64,000 bases of DNA, taken from NCBI GenBank assembly GCA_965240325.2, contig OZ251222.1, forward strand, positions 3,162,001-3,226,000, given 5' to 3'. Positions 42,962 through 56,785 of the stretch are shown one piece after another. The notes under the pieces were generated by a model, which saw nothing but the letters and a program-made list of their open reading frames with translations, searched no databases and was not told the origin of the DNA. The position numbers and the translations under genes were made by a program. This DNA is from Rebecca billardiae RCC1528 (taxonomy: Eukaryota > Protista > Haptophyta). Each line of letters opens with the position of its first letter. The stretch's first letter is position 1.

Positions 42962-43879
42962 ATGGCGGCGGTGTACATCGGCGTGCCGCAGCACTCGGCG
43001 CAGAGCAACGCGGTGCGCACGAGCAAGTACACACTGCTCACGTTCGTGCCGATCTTCCTCTTCTCGCAACTCCGCCGCGCCGCCAACTGCTACTTCCTCC
43101 TCATCGTGTTCCTCGAGAATGCAAAGGCGGCGGCACGCGCCACGGTTGCCGCCCAGCACGCGGCGGCCAAGGCCGCGGCGCACGGGCCGAAGGGGACCGG
43201 GCCTGCGGCCGCGGTGGCCGCCGCCGTCTCCGCTGGCGCAGCCGCCGTGCACGTCGGCGGCGCCATGCTCACGCCGCTGCTGATTGTGCTGCTCGTCATC
43301 GCGATGCGCGAGCTCGCAGAGGACTGGCGGCGGAGACGCGACGACGAGACGGAGAACACGCGGCCGACGTACGTGCTGCGCACGGGCGTGCGCTTCACGC
43401 CCCTCGAGTGGGGCGCGCTGCGCCCGGGCGACGTCGTCCTCCTCGCCGACGGCGACGCCGTGCCGGCAGACGTGGCCCTTCTCTCGAGCTCGGGCGCGCA
43501 CGGCGAGTGCCTGCTCGACACCTCCGGCGTGGACGGCGAGACGACGCTCAAGACGCGGCGCGCGCTGCCCGAGCTGAACGAGCTGGGCCGGCGGCCGATG
43601 GCGCTCGGCACGCTCTGCGACACCCTCCTCGAGTACGAGCGCCCGTGCGCCGAGCCCGCGCTCTTTGACGCGACAGTGTGCGCAGACGGTGGCGAGCTGA
43701 CCCTCGGCGCTGGCCAGCTGCTGCTGCGCGGCATGGTGCTGCGCTCGACGGAGTGGGTGGTGGGCGTCGTCGTGTACACGGGGCACGAGTGCGCGCTGCT
43801 CGCGGACCTGCGCACGCCTCGGCCCACCGCCGCCGAAAGCGCCGCCGCCGACGGCGCGGCGCACCCGATGGCGCGCCCG

Positions 43880-43911
<32 letters not shown>

Positions 43912-45311
43912 GTCCGCAGCGACCACCGCCGGCCCTCCGTCGAAGCGCTCGCGGCTGGAGCGCGACTTGAATCGCGCCGTGCTGCTCACGCTGCTCGCGC
44001 TCGTGTGCATCTGCTCCGCGCTCGCCGCGTGCGGCTCGCGCTGGCGCCACTCGCGCGGGGGCGGCGCGGGCGCATGGTACCTGCACATCGCGGCCGGCGA
44101 CGGCCGCGCGGTCGGCAGCGACGGCGGCGGCGGCGTCGACGACGACCAGAAGGGCGAGGCGGCGGTGGAGCGGATCGCCGAGGGCGGCAAGCCCGAGTCG
44201 TTCCCGCACCGCTTCCTCCGCTGGCTCCTCGAGCTCCACCACCTCGTGCCGATCAGCCTGTACGCCGCCGTCGAGCTCGCGCGCGCGGCACACGCCGTGC
44301 TGATCGCCGCAGAGCCGCTGGAAGGCGTGCGCGCTCGGCGCGGGGCGGCGCGCGCGCCGGCCGGCGCGGCGGCGGCGGAGGGAGCGGCGGAGGGCGGGTG
44401 GGGCGAGGCGAGTGGGTGCGCGCTGCGTGTGCGCTCCGCCGCCGTCACCGAGGACCTCGGCCGCGTCGGCCTCGTCCTCGCCGACAAGACGGGCACCCTC
44501 TCGACCCGGCGCTTCCTGCTGCGCGCCGCCTCGATCGGCGGCCGAGTCTACACGGACGGAGCCGATGGCGCGCCCGCGGCGGGCGGCGCGACGGCGCGCG
44601 CGCTGCAGGCGCACGACGCGCACGCGGACATGGTCGCCGAGTTCTGGACGCTGATCGCGCTCTGCCACTCCGCGGACCTCGCGCCGCGCGCGCACCCGGC
44701 GGACGGCGCCGACGGGGCGACGGCCGAGCGGCGCGGCGGCGCGGGCGCGCGCTGGCACGGATCCAATGGAGCGGACGCGCCGCTGCCTGCGCACCACGCG
44801 CCGCCGCAGCTCGAGTCGGAGTACGCCGGCGCCTCGGCGGAGGACGTGGCGCTCCTAAGCGCCGCGCGCGCCGTGGGGTTCGCCTTCTGCGGCCGCGCGG
44901 CCGCGGACGACGACATGGCGGCCGAGCGCGCGGCCGCGGCCGGCGGCGGCGTGGGCGCGGCCGGCGCTGGCGCGCCGCCGCCGCCGTCGCCGCCGTCGCC
45001 TCTGGGTGCGGACGCGTCGCAGGAGGTGCGGCTGTACGTGCAGGTGCCGGCCGAGGCGCACGCGGTGGGCGAGGGCGAGCTCGAGGCCGACGCCGCCGTC
45101 CCGTCCGCCCCCGCCCTCCGCTCGTACCGCCTGCTGCACACGCTGCGCGACTGGGGCGCGCGCGGCCGCTTCTCCGTGGTGGTGCGGGACGAGGCGGACG
45201 GCTGCGTGCTGCTGTACACAAAGGGGACGGCGGAGGGGCTGCTGCCCAGGCTGCGCCGCGCGCGCGCGGGCGCGGCGGGCGCGGGGGCGGGGCTCTCGTC
45301 CGCGCCGCGCC

Positions 45312-45348
<37 letters not shown>

Positions 45349-48289
45349 GCTGGCGGGCTCAGAGCACGGCGGCGGCCATGCTGATGCCGCGTGGCTCAAC
45401 TCGATCGCAGAGGACGGCCTCGGTGGCGGCACGCCCGGCCGAGGCGGCGGCGGCGGCGGCGGAGGGTCGGCCGAGTACGCGAGCGCGCTCGGCGTGGAGC
45501 GCACGTGCGCGCACGTCCGCGCCTTCGGGCACAGCGGCCTCCGCGCGGTGTGGTGCGCGGGCCGCGAGGTCGGCTCGGCTGAGTACGCGATGTGGGCGCC
45601 GTTGCTGCGCGAGGCGGCCGCGTCGGACGGATCAAGCCGCGCGCAGAAGGAGGCGGATGCGGCGGAGGTGCTCGAGTCCGGGCTGACGCTGCTCGGCGCC
45701 GCGGCGGTGGAGGAGGAGCTGCACGAGGGCGCGGCGGAGGCGGTCTCCGCGCTGCGCGCGGCGGGCCTGCGCGTGTGGCTCGCCACGGGCGACAGCGAGG
45801 AGGCGGCCCTCTGCGCCGCGCACGGCACTGGGCTCATCGACGCGCGCTCCGCACTGCTGCACCGCGTGGCGGGCCGCTCGGCCGACGACGTGCGGATCGA
45901 GCTCGGCGCGGCGGCGAGCACGCGCGCGCTCGCCGCCGGGCAGACCGCGCGGCTGCGCTCCCGCCTCGAGCTCCAGACGCAGCAGCCGCGCTCGGCAGCG
46001 GGCGCGGAGGCGGAGGCGGCGGCGGCGGCGGAGGCGGCGCGCGCGCTCAGCGCGCCGCACGGCGCGGACGGCGCGCGCGCGCCGGCGGCGCACGCCAACG
46101 GGCGCGGCGCGCGCGCGCGCGCGCTCGTGTGCCACGGCGGCGCGCTGGCGATCGCGCTGCGCTCGCCGCAGCTCACCGAGTCCTTCCAGCTCGCGTGCGC
46201 CGCGTGCGACGCCGTGCTCGTCTGCTGCGCCTCCGCGCGCCACAAGGGCCAGCTCGCAACGTTGGCGGCCGAGCGCGCGGGCGGCGCCGTGCTCGCGATC
46301 GGCGACGGCGCCAACGACGCGCCGATGCTGCGCGCCGCGACGATCGGCGTGGCCGTCGTGCCGAGCGGCGCGGCCTGCGCGGGCGGCGGCGCGCTCGCCG
46401 GCGCCGACGTGTGCGTGCGCACCTTCGCGCAGCTCCGCCCGCTCCTCCTCGTCCACGGCCACTGGGTGCGCGTGCGCGTGCGTCTGATGCTCGGGCTGCT
46501 TGGCTACGGCTCGGCGCTGAGCGCGGCGAGTGCGCTGCTGTTTGCACCGCTCTCGGGCGCGTCGGGCGCGGCGATCGTGCGGCCCGCGGCGCGCTCGGTG
46601 CTGCAGCACGCGCTGATCGCCGCGCCCGCCGTGCTGCTCGGAGCGCTCGAGCAGGACATCCAGCGCGCGCCGCTGCTCGCCCACCCCCAGCTGTACGCGC
46701 GCGCGCCACTGCGCACGCGCGCGCCTGCGCCCGGCTCGCCGCGCGCGAGCGCCGCGCGCGTGGGCGGCGGCGCGCATGGCGAGGCCGCGCCGGCTGGCGG
46801 CGCAGCGGGCGGCGGGCGTGGCGGCGGCGGCGCGGACGGCGGCACCGCGCGCGGCGGCGCCGGGGCGGGCGCGCCGCACGGCCGCGCGCGCGCGACCGCC
46901 CTCGAGCTCGCCTCCCTCGGCGCTGAGCTGAGCACCCCGGTGGCTCACGCGGCGCTCGCGCTCGGCGCGGTGCTGAGCGGCGCGGACGACGACGCGACGC
47001 CGCACGGGGCGAGCGGCTCGTCGTCGTGCCTCGAGTCGATCAGCGCCGCGCTCTTCGCCGCGCTGTGCACGCTCGCCGCCGCGCAGCTCGGCCTGCGCGT
47101 GCACCACTGGACGCGGCCGGTGGCGGGCGCGCTCGCGTGCGCGCTCGCCGGCTGCGTGGCTGAGCTCTGGCTGGCTTATGGCCCAGCGATGCGCATGCTG
47201 AGCGCGCAGCCGTGCTTCTGGCTGCGGCTGCTGCTGCTGGCGGGCGCGGCGACTGTGGCGGGGCTGAGCAGCGCGTGCGCACGCCGCGCGCTCATGCCCA
47301 CCGCGGCCGACGCGATGGAGGACGCCGACGCCGCCGCGGCCGACGGCGACGCCGATGCCGACGGCGGCGCCGGCGGCGCCGACGCGCGCGGCTCGCGGTT
47401 CGGCCGCGGGCCGTGGGCGGCGATTGCAAGCCGGCTGTACCACCCACACGGGCAGCAGCGCGCGGCCGTGCCCGCGCGCGCAAACGGCAGCGACAAGCGC
47501 GCGCGCCGTGCGAACGGCGCGCACACCGTCGGCGAGGGCGGCGACGGCGCGGCGCCACACCGCGCGCGCGCCTCCGAGCCCGCGCGCGCGCCGCGCCTCG
47601 CGCCGGGCCCACTCCTGCGGGGCGCGCGCTCGGCCTCGGACGACGAGGAGCTTGGGCTGGTGGGGCCGGCGTGCAGCGCGGACTCGGCGTCGCTCGCGTA
47701 CCTCGAGCATGGCGCGCACGCGCACTCGGCGTTCGCCTCCCGCGCCGACCTCCCCGTCGCAGAGGGCGGCGACGACGCCCTGCTGATGCACATCGACGGC
47801 GACGAGGGCGGCGCGCTCGGCGGTGCGGCCGAGGGCATGGGCGGCGCGGGCGGCCTGGACGACATGGGCGTCGGAAGCGAGGGCGAGCCCGGGTGCGACG
47901 GAGGCCGGCTCCTCTCGCCGTGCGCCGCGCTTGCGGGCTCGTTCGAGCGCATCCACATCTCGCCCGAGGCGGGCATGCGCCGGCGCAACAGCGATGGCAA
48001 CATGCGCGCGCGCGACCTGTCGGCGGCGAGCGCAGACGGCGCGCGCGGGGCGCGCTTCGGCCAGCAGGCGGGCGCGGACGGCGAGTCGTGGACCGGCTCA
48101 CCGCGCGTCAGCGTCGACGCGCAAGGCAGCCGCGGCGTGTCGGCGTCCAACCTCGCGCTCCTCGACGCGCAGCTTGGGCTCGTGCGCTCGGCGTCCGACC
48201 TCGCGCAACGCACGTCGGGCGGCGCAAACGACGACGAGGCCTCAGACGATGGCGGTGACATCATGGTGCGCTTCCCCGCGCTCGTCTGA
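42962..48289 (+). CDS. P4-type ATPase (phospholipid flippase) with long Ala/Gly insertions
   Basis: NAVRTSKYT, VPAD, DGETTLK, LLLRG, VVVYTG, VPISLY, DKTGT, TGD, IGDGAND, LLLVHGHW. Confidence 0.9.
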
Positions 48290-48681
48290 CCGCATCGTGG
48301 CGCCGCGCAGGCGACCTACGGCATGCGGCTGCGCACGCACCGTCACACAATCCTGATCATCTCTCACGTCGTCGAGCGCCGCCATCTCACGGCCGACCAG
48401 ACCCAGTCGCAGACTCGAGCCGATACCAGTCATCATCCGCTGAGACGTGACGATCTCGGCGTCAACCGATCACGGGCGGCAAGATCGACCGGCCGACGAG
48501 CTGACCGACCGCAAGACGAAAGTTCCATCTCGCTCCAGCAAAGGTCCAGCCAGGGGGCACAAGAATCAAACGGACGTTCCCGACGCACCCTCGCTGGACC
48601 GTCTGCGCCGATCGGCGACGACTCGACGCAATCGCGCAAGCCGGCAACGGAACGAACGATCGGCACGCCGACTCGCCGAGC

Positions 48682-51674
48682 ATGCTCTCGCTCCTCCTCG
48701 CGCTCGCCGTCGCGGCGGGCAAGGACAACCTCAACGGCCAGGCCGAGGTGACCAAGTACATCGTGAGCTTCGGCAAGGGCAAGCCCGGCGGCGGCTCGTC
48801 GACGGCGGTCGCCACCGCTCTGAGCGCGCTGCCCGCCGGCTCTGCGAGCGTCAAGCACGAGTTCTCGAACGTGATCGAGGGCTTCAGCGGCACGCTCACC
48901 AAGGAGGCCAAGGCGATGCTCGAGAAGATGGGCGCGACGATCGAGGAGGACCTGCCCGTGTACGCCCTCGCCAACGACGACCAGGACGAGCAGCAGCAGG
49001 GCAAGGGCAAGTACAGCGTCGGCATCCTCGAGGTGCTGCCGTGGGGCCTCGACCGCATCGACCAGACCAACCTGCCGCTCGACGGCTCGTTCGAGACGCC
49101 TGGCCTGGGCGAGGACGCGCACGTCTTTGTGCTGGACACGGGTATCAACCTGGGTCACAACGAGTGGACTGGTCGCATCGGCGAAGGCTACGACTTCATC
49201 GACAACGACGACGACCCGACGGACTGCCACGGTGGGTTGCGCTCGCGCCGCGCGCGCATGCACGCTCGCGCCCGCACCGCGGCGGCACGCGTTGACCATC
49301 CCCGCCTCCCGCGTGCCCTACTCGCCCGCGAACGCAGGCCACGGCACGCACTGCGCGGGCACCGTGCTCGGCACGCACTACGGCGTGGCGAAGGGCGCGA
49401 CGCTGCACGGCGTGCGCGTGCTCAGCTGCTCCGGCTCCGGCTCGACCTCGGGGATCATCGCCGCGCTCGAGTGGGTGGCGGGGCGCGAGGAGTCCATCAA
49501 GATCGTGTCGATGTCGCTCGGCGGCGGCTTCTCCAGCACCTTCAACAACGCCGTCGACAACCTCGTCAACGGGGGCGTGACCACCGTCGTCGCGGCGGGC
49601 AACGACAACGGCGACGCATGCACCAAGAGCCCGGCGTCCGCGCCGCTGGCGATCACCGTCGGCTCGACGACGAGCAGCGACGCGCGCTCCGGCTTCTCGA
49701 ACTACGGCAGCTGCGTGGACATCTACGCGCCAGGCAGCAGCATCCTCAGCGCGTGGATCGGCGGCCCCGACGCGACCAACACCATCTCGGGCACCTCCAT
49801 GGCGTGCCCGCACGTGACAGGCGTCGTCGCGCAGTGGGCGAGTGCGCTCGGGGCCTCCGCAACGCCGGCGCAGCTGCTCAGCTTCATCCTCGCCGAAGCC
49901 GTTCCCGACGTCATCACGGGGGTGCCCGCGCCGGAGGAGCCCAAGCTGCTCCAGGCGTACACGATGGCGCCTCCAAGCCCGCCGCCCGCACCGCCTTCGC
50001 CGCCGCCCTCGCCGCCGCCGCCCTCGCTGCCACCCTCACCGCCCTCGCCTCCGAGCCCCCCACCGCTGCCGCCCTCGCCGCCGAGCCCGCCGCCGAGCCC
50101 GGCGTGCATCAGCGGCCACATCCGCTGCGGCACGCCGCGTACTGGCACGACCGCCGGCGCTCCAAACAACTGGGGCAACCCGTCGGGCGAGGTCTTCTTC
50201 GGGATCGACGGCTGGGGCTCGGCGCTGCGCTTCGACACGTGTGGCTCGAGCTACGACACGTACCTGCGCGTGTACGACAAGTGCCCCGAGGTGGGCGGCG
50301 TGCAGCTCGCGGCGAACGACGATGGCAGCTGCGGGCTCGCCTCGCTCATCACGCTCGACGTGCCGCTCGACAGCGGGTACGTGGTGATGGTCGAGGGCTA
50401 CTCGAGCAGCGAGGGCGCGTACACGCTCGCGATGACGGGCTGCGACAACCCGAGCCCGCCGCTGCCGCCGTCTCAGCCGCCGAGCCCGCCGAGCCCGCCG
50501 ACGTCGCCGCCGGCCCCTCCGCCAAGCCCGCCGCCGCCCTCGCCGCCCTCGCCACCGCCTGCTCCGCCGCGCCCGCCGTGCACCGTCGGCACGATCACGT
50601 GCGCCGCTCCTGCCACCGGCTCGACCACTGGCGCGCCGAACAACTGGGGCAACCCGTCGGGCGAGCGCCTGTACGCGATCAGCGGGCACGGCACGCTGCG
50701 CTTCGACACGTGCGGCTCGAGCTACGACACGTACCTGCGCGTGTACGACAAGTGCCCCGACGAGGGCGGCGTGCAGCTCGCGGCGAACGACGACGGCAGC
50801 TGCGGGCTCGCCTCGCTCATCACGCTCGACGTGCCGCTCGACAGCGGGTACGTGGTGATGGTCGAGGGCTACTCGAGCAGCGAGGGCGCGTACACGCTCG
50901 CGATGACGGGCTGCGAGGTGCCGAGCCCGTCGCCCTCGCCGGGTCCCCCGCCGACACCCCCGCCGACACCCCCGCCGAGCCCCTCGCCGAGCCCCCCGCC
51001 GAGCCCCTCGCCGACGCCCTCGCCGACGCCCTCGCCGACGCCCTCGCCAACGCCCTGGCCGACTCCTTTGCCCTCGCCCTCGCCCTCGCCCTCGCCATCG
51101 CCTTCGCCTTCGCCTTCGCCGAGCCCGTCGCCATCGCCATCGCCATCGCCATCGCCATCGCCATCGCCGAGCCCGCACTGCGCGATCTTCTCGCTCGTGC
51201 CGGACCCGACGGACTCGACCTCGCTCCTGCCGGGCTCGCCGTGCGCGCGCCAGAACTCGGACGACCGCTTCGAGCTGCTCACGCTCTCGACGGGCGGCAC
51301 GAGCGACTCGATGACGATCAGCTGGCGCTTCGTGCCCAGCAGCTCCGGCTCGTTCTCCGAGAACAACGGCATCTCGCTCAAGGTCTTCGTCGCGCTCGGC
51401 GGCGGGGCCGCGCAGGAGGTGCACTCGGTCGTGTACCAGCCGTCCGAGCTCACCTTTGACGCGCCGATGACTGACTCGTTCGTGTACGCCGCGCCGGCCA
51501 GCGGGGTGTGCGCGGGCGGCGGCATCGTGCGCGTGTCGCTCGAGGACCGCGCGAACAGCGACGACGAGATCATCGGCGAGTGCGGCAGCTCGCAGAGCTA
51601 TTCGCACTTCGACAATCTCGAGGCTGCTTTCGAGTTGCTGCCCACGCTGCCGCCGAGCCCGCCGGCCGCGCCGA

Positions 51675-51713
<39 letters not shown>

Positions 51714-51715
51714 CG

Positions 51716-51748
<33 letters not shown>

Positions 51749-52546
51749 CCCAGCCCGCCGCCGCCCAGCCCGCCGCCGCCCAGCCCGCCGAGCCCGCCGC
51801 CCGCGCCGCCGCCGCCGCCCTCGCCCCCCTCGCCGCCCGCGTGCCGCGTGCTGGTCGAGCCCGACCCGTCCACGTTCAGCTCGCTGCTGCCCGGCTCGGA
51901 GTGCACGCGCCAGCCGTCCTCCGACCGCTTCGAGTCGATCACGCTCGGGAGCACGTCGGTGGGCGGGCAGCTGCACGTCACGTACGCCTTCTTCCCCTCC
52001 ACCTCCGGCTCGTTCACCGAGAACAACGGCATCAGCATCAAGTTCTTCGCGCTGGCGGACGGCGCGCCCGCCGAGGAGATCTGGTCGCGCGTGTACGTGC
52101 CGTCGGAACTCGAGCTGGACGCGATCAACCACGGCGAGTTCACGCACGACTTTGGCACGAGCCTGGAGTGCGGCGCCGACGTGGTGATCCGCGGCGCGCT
52201 CGAGGACCGCGCGTCGAGCTCGGACGAGATCACCGGCGTGTGCGGCACCTCGGCGGGCTCGAGCCACTTCGACAACATGGAGGGCCTGCTCCACCTCGGC
52301 GGTCCGCCGCGGGTCGGCTCGCCGCCGCCGCCGCCGCCGCCGCCGAGCCCGCCGCCGAGCCCGCCGCCGAGCCCGCTGCCGAGCTCACCGCCGCCACCGC
52401 CGCCTGCCCCGCCACCGAGCCCGCCGCCTGAGATGCCGCCGTCACCGCCGCCCCCGCCGCCGCCGCCTACGCCTCCGCCCACGCCACCGCCGTCGCCGCC
52501 GCCGCCGTCGCTGCCGCCGCCTCCGCCCCCGATGCCACCGCCGAGC

Positions 52547-52581
<35 letters not shown>

Positions 52582-54019
52582 CCCGCCGCCGCCGCCCCCA
52601 ACGCCCCCGCCGTCTCCGCCGCCCTCGCCGCCACCTAGCCCGCCCGAGCCCAGCCCGCCGCCCAGCCCGCCACCGCCCTCCTCGCCTCCGCCACCGCCGC
52701 CCTCGCCGCCCCCCTCGCCACCGCCGCCGCCGCCCGAGCCGTGCGCCATTGGCCGGCTCACGTGCGCCACGCCCGCCATCGGCTCGACAATCGGCCTGCC
52801 CAGTGTCTGGGGCGCGCCGAGCGGCGACGCGCTGTACCGGCTGTCGTTCGGCGAGGCCGGCGGCACGGCGAGGCTCACGACCTGCGGCAGCGACTTTGAC
52901 ACCGTCCTGCGCGTGCTCGACGGCTGCCCGGGCGCGCCTCAGGGCGCCACGGAGCTTGCGGCCAACGACGACAGCGGCGAGTGCGGCGACGCGTCCGCGC
53001 TCACGGTCGACGTGCCGCCCGGCGGCTCTGTGATTGTGCTGGTGGAGGGCTTCGTGACGAAGGAGGGGCAGTACAAGCTGACGGTGGAGGGCTGCCCCGA
53101 TGAGGACGAGGGCACGATCGCGCCGCCCTCGCCGCCGCCCTCGCCCTCGCCGCCGCCCGCGCCGTGTGTCCCTGCGGGCGCGCGGCCGCTCAGCTGCGGC
53201 ACGACTGTGCGCGGCGACACACGCGACGGCTCTGGGGACGCCAACTTTGGCAACCCGGCGCGCGAGCACTACTACACGATCAGCGTGCCCACCGCGACGA
53301 CCGTCACCCTCGACACGTGCGGCTCCGAGTACGACACCTTCCTCCGCGTGTACGACGGCTGCCCGCGCGACGCGGACGCGCAGATCGGCAGCGACGACGA
53401 CAGCGGCTGCGGCGTGATGGCGCGGCTCTCGCTCGAGCTCGAGGGCGGCGTGGAGTACCTGGTGCTGCTCGAGGGCTTCGGGGCGAACGAGGGGCCGTAC
53501 TCGCTCGAGGTGAGCTGCGACGGCGGCGGCGAGTCCTCCGTGCCCGACGACAACGGGGGCGGCGACGAGCTGCCGGGTGTCGAGCCCCCCGCCGACGCGG
53601 CGCGCATCCACTGCTCACTCGGGCTCGAGGCTGACCTCGCAGACCGGGCTGACGGCGCGCCGGGCGCGGCGGACAAGCGCGCGGCGCTCGGCGCTTCGAT
53701 CGCGCAGGTGGCCGAGGTCCCGACGTCGGACGTCCTCATCACGAGCGTGGTCGGCGGGAGCGTCACTGTCCACTTCGAGGTGGTGCGCGCGGACGAGACC
53801 GAGCAGATCGACAAGGTGATCGAGAACTTGGAGACGCGCGCCGCGCAGCTCGCGGCGAGCGTCGAGGCGAGCACGGGCGCGAGCGTGGCCTCCGGCGTGG
53901 TCGTGCAGGAGGTGGTCCACCCGCTCCAGCCCACGCCGACGCCGACGCCGGCCAGCGGTGACGAGACGGTGGGCGTTGTTGTCGACGGTGTCAAGGCGCA
54001 TGACGACGGGGCCGCTGCG

Positions 54020-54064
<45 letters not shown>

Positions 54065-54598
54065 CTCGGTTCGTCGTCGCAGGCGCGCGTCGGCGGCGCG
54101 GCCGGAGCCGCCGACACGGCAACGGGCGGCGGCGTCGGCGGCTCGTCGCTCAGCCTCGCCGCGCTCATCGGCATCATCACCGGCGCCGTCGGCGCGCTGG
54201 TGGTCGCGCTGTGCGCGTACGCCGGCTGGAAGCGCTGGAAGTACGACTCGAAGCTGTCCCACTCCGCCCGCGCGGTGTCCTACCCGGCCGCCGCAGACCA
54301 GGCGCTGCCGACGGCGGACGAGTCGGCTCCGAGCGCGGCGAGGCCTGCCGCTGAGTTCCAAGAGTTCCATGCCGTCGCGCTCAACGCAGCGCCCCAGCCG
54401 TCGACGAGCGCCGCGGGGCTGTGGACGACGGTCGTGGCTACTGCTTCGTCCTGGTTCTCCCCAAGCTCGAGCCACACGGCGGCACCGGCACGCGAGAGCG
54501 TGGCGGACGTCGACGAGCTCGGCCCCCCGCGTCGTGCGTCGCGCACGATGGCGGCGCGCCCGCCGGCCCCTGGCGCCGGCTCGGCAAACATGGCCTAA
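48682..54598 (+). CDS. Large type-I membrane subtilase (proteinase K-like S8) with repeated beta-sandwich modules and Pro-rich linkers; intron 49232-49337
   Basis: Signal peptide, I9-like prodomain, catalytic LDTG / GHGTH / GTSMA; four DTCGSxxDTxLRVxD modules, two other ~130-aa repeats, SPPP tracts, poly-Asp, TM helix [19 protein letters not shown]. Confidence 0.9.
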
Positions 54599-55366
54599 GG
54601 CGAGCATGCCCACGACTGCTGCACCTGCATCGTGCCACCGATCGGCACGCTGCTGCGCCGCTCGATCGCGCGCATGCGACGCGCTGCTGGGGCCTTTGTT
54701 TGACGACGTCGTCCTTCTCGTCGTCTCACGACGACGACTTTGTCGTCGCGTCGACTTTGCGGCGGCATTCCGGTCCCGGATGCGTTGGGGCTTGGGCGTA
54801 TCCCGCCTGTCGCCATCCGGTACGGCACGCACCCACTTCGTCTACTGTCTTGTGCCTCGTCATCGTCTACTGTCGTCGCCTGTGTCGTTCATGCAGGCTA
54901 GTGTATTATGAACATCATCAGTCTCTATCGTCGCGCGAGTCGTCTGCTCGTCACTGATATATATACTCATCACTGCTACGTCGATCGCCGAGATGACCGG
55001 TCGCGATCTGTTATATATATATTGATATACGCGCATATATTATTACCGTATATATATATTTAACGACATATCATATTACGCTCCGACCGTACTCCGTAGT
55101 CGACTGCAGGCGCTGCGCTGCGCCTGCTCAGAAGGGCGGGCGCGCTTTATTCTATAGCAGCAGTATATCTGCTGCTTGTCACATGCAGCTTGCCTGCGCT
55201 GCTGCATGCCAGGACTACCTGCTGAGTGCTGCTGCTGGTCCCAAGTATCATTGGCGCGCGATTGCCGCGCGCCCGCGCGTTGAACATGGTCGTTGTTTGT
55301 CGTATCACATACATCACGCACCCGTCACTCAGAACGTGCGCATGGCCATGCATGACGATGATCATA

Positions 55367-56492
55367 TCAGTTCTGGCGGCCGATGATGTAGTCCGCAATC
55401 GCCGCAAGCGCGGTCGCCTTGTCCCCATATGGAGCAAGCGCGCCCTTGGCGTCCGCGATCATCTCCGCCGCGACCTGGGCAAGGGCGCGGTGGGCGCATG
55501 CGGGTGTGAGTCGACGCGCTCGTCTCACGCGGAAGGGCGAGCAACAGCTGCATGGGGGCGCGCACCTGCTTCGACTTCTCCAGCCCCAGCAGCTTCGGGT
55601 ACGTCGTCTTATCAGCCTCCAGATCCTTGCCCGCCGTCTTCCCCAGCTCCTCCGACGTCTTCGTCACGTCGAGGATGTCGTCCGCCACCTGGAAGGCGAG
55701 GCCGATCTTGAGGGCGTACTCCTCCACGTTGGCCACGTCCGCGTCAGACGCGCCGCCGAGCACCGCGCCCGTCGCCGCCGCCGCCTTGAGCAAGGCGGCG
55801 GTCTTGTGCGTGTGGATCCACGTGAGCCCGTCGATATCGACGTTCGCGTCGCCCTCGCACTTCAGATCCATCGCCTGGCCACCCGCCAGCCCGATCGCAC
55901 CCACGGAGGTGCCGAGGCGGCGGAGCACGTCCACGACGCGCTCGGCGGCGACGCCTTTCGTGTGCTTGGCGACGTGCTCGAACGAGGTGGACAGCAGGGA
56001 GTCGCCGGCAAGGATGGCAAGCGCCTCGCCGTAAAGCACGTGGTTTGTCGGCTTGCCGCGCCGCAGGTCGTCGTTGTCCATCGCCGGCAGGTCATCGTGG
56101 ATGAGCGACATGGTGTGAATCATCTCCAGAGCGACGGCGGTCGGCATGGCCGCCTCGACCGCGGCCTCACCGCCGAACATCTCGGCGGCCGCCAGGCAGA
56201 GGATGGGGCGGATGCGCTTGCCACCCGCCATGAGCGAGTAGCGCATCGACTCGGTGATCTCGCGCGCATTCTCGTGCTCGACCGGCAGCGACTCGTCAAG
56301 CGCCTTCTCAACGAGCGCCTTGCGTTCTTCCAGGTATGTGGCCAGATCGAAGCCGGCGTCGACGGCCGACGCGGTCACGCGCGGGGAGCGAACGCGACTC
56401 TGCGCCACGATGCTACTCACCTTGGCCGGAGTGCCGTTCGTGGTCACGTGGCCGAGCGCCAGGAGCGCTGAGAGCGCGCAGGCAGACAGCAT
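55367..56492 (-). CDS. crtE: Plastid geranylgeranyl diphosphate synthase; intron 55475-55565
   Basis: [33 protein letters not shown] (FARM), FQVADDILD (SARM), [15 protein letters not shown]; signal peptide. Confidence 0.93.
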
Positions 56493-56785
56493 GCCGCGAT
56501 GCACGAGGCCGGCCGCACTAATGAATTTCCGCGCAGGGACCATCATCAATCGAGCAGGAAATGAGCCATCAATGAGATCGAGCAGATGAAATCTCGCGCG
56601 AGCTGATGCTATGGTACGGCCGTGACCGTGTGGCAGTGTGGCCTCGCCAGTGTGCCGGTGCGAGTGTCAGACTGTGTCTGTGACAATGTCACAGATATAT
56701 GGGGGTACGCCCCTCGTCACAGAGCTGCTGGCCCCAACCCGGCAAGGACTGAGCTCGGCAGACGAGGCAACCGTGCAGCTGGCCG

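Noticed and set aside
50930-52740. Regular short repeats that could suggest a CRISPR array or satellite
   Set aside because: They are in-frame Ser/Pro codon repeats of the subtilase; there is no repeat-spacer structure and the context is eukaryotic.
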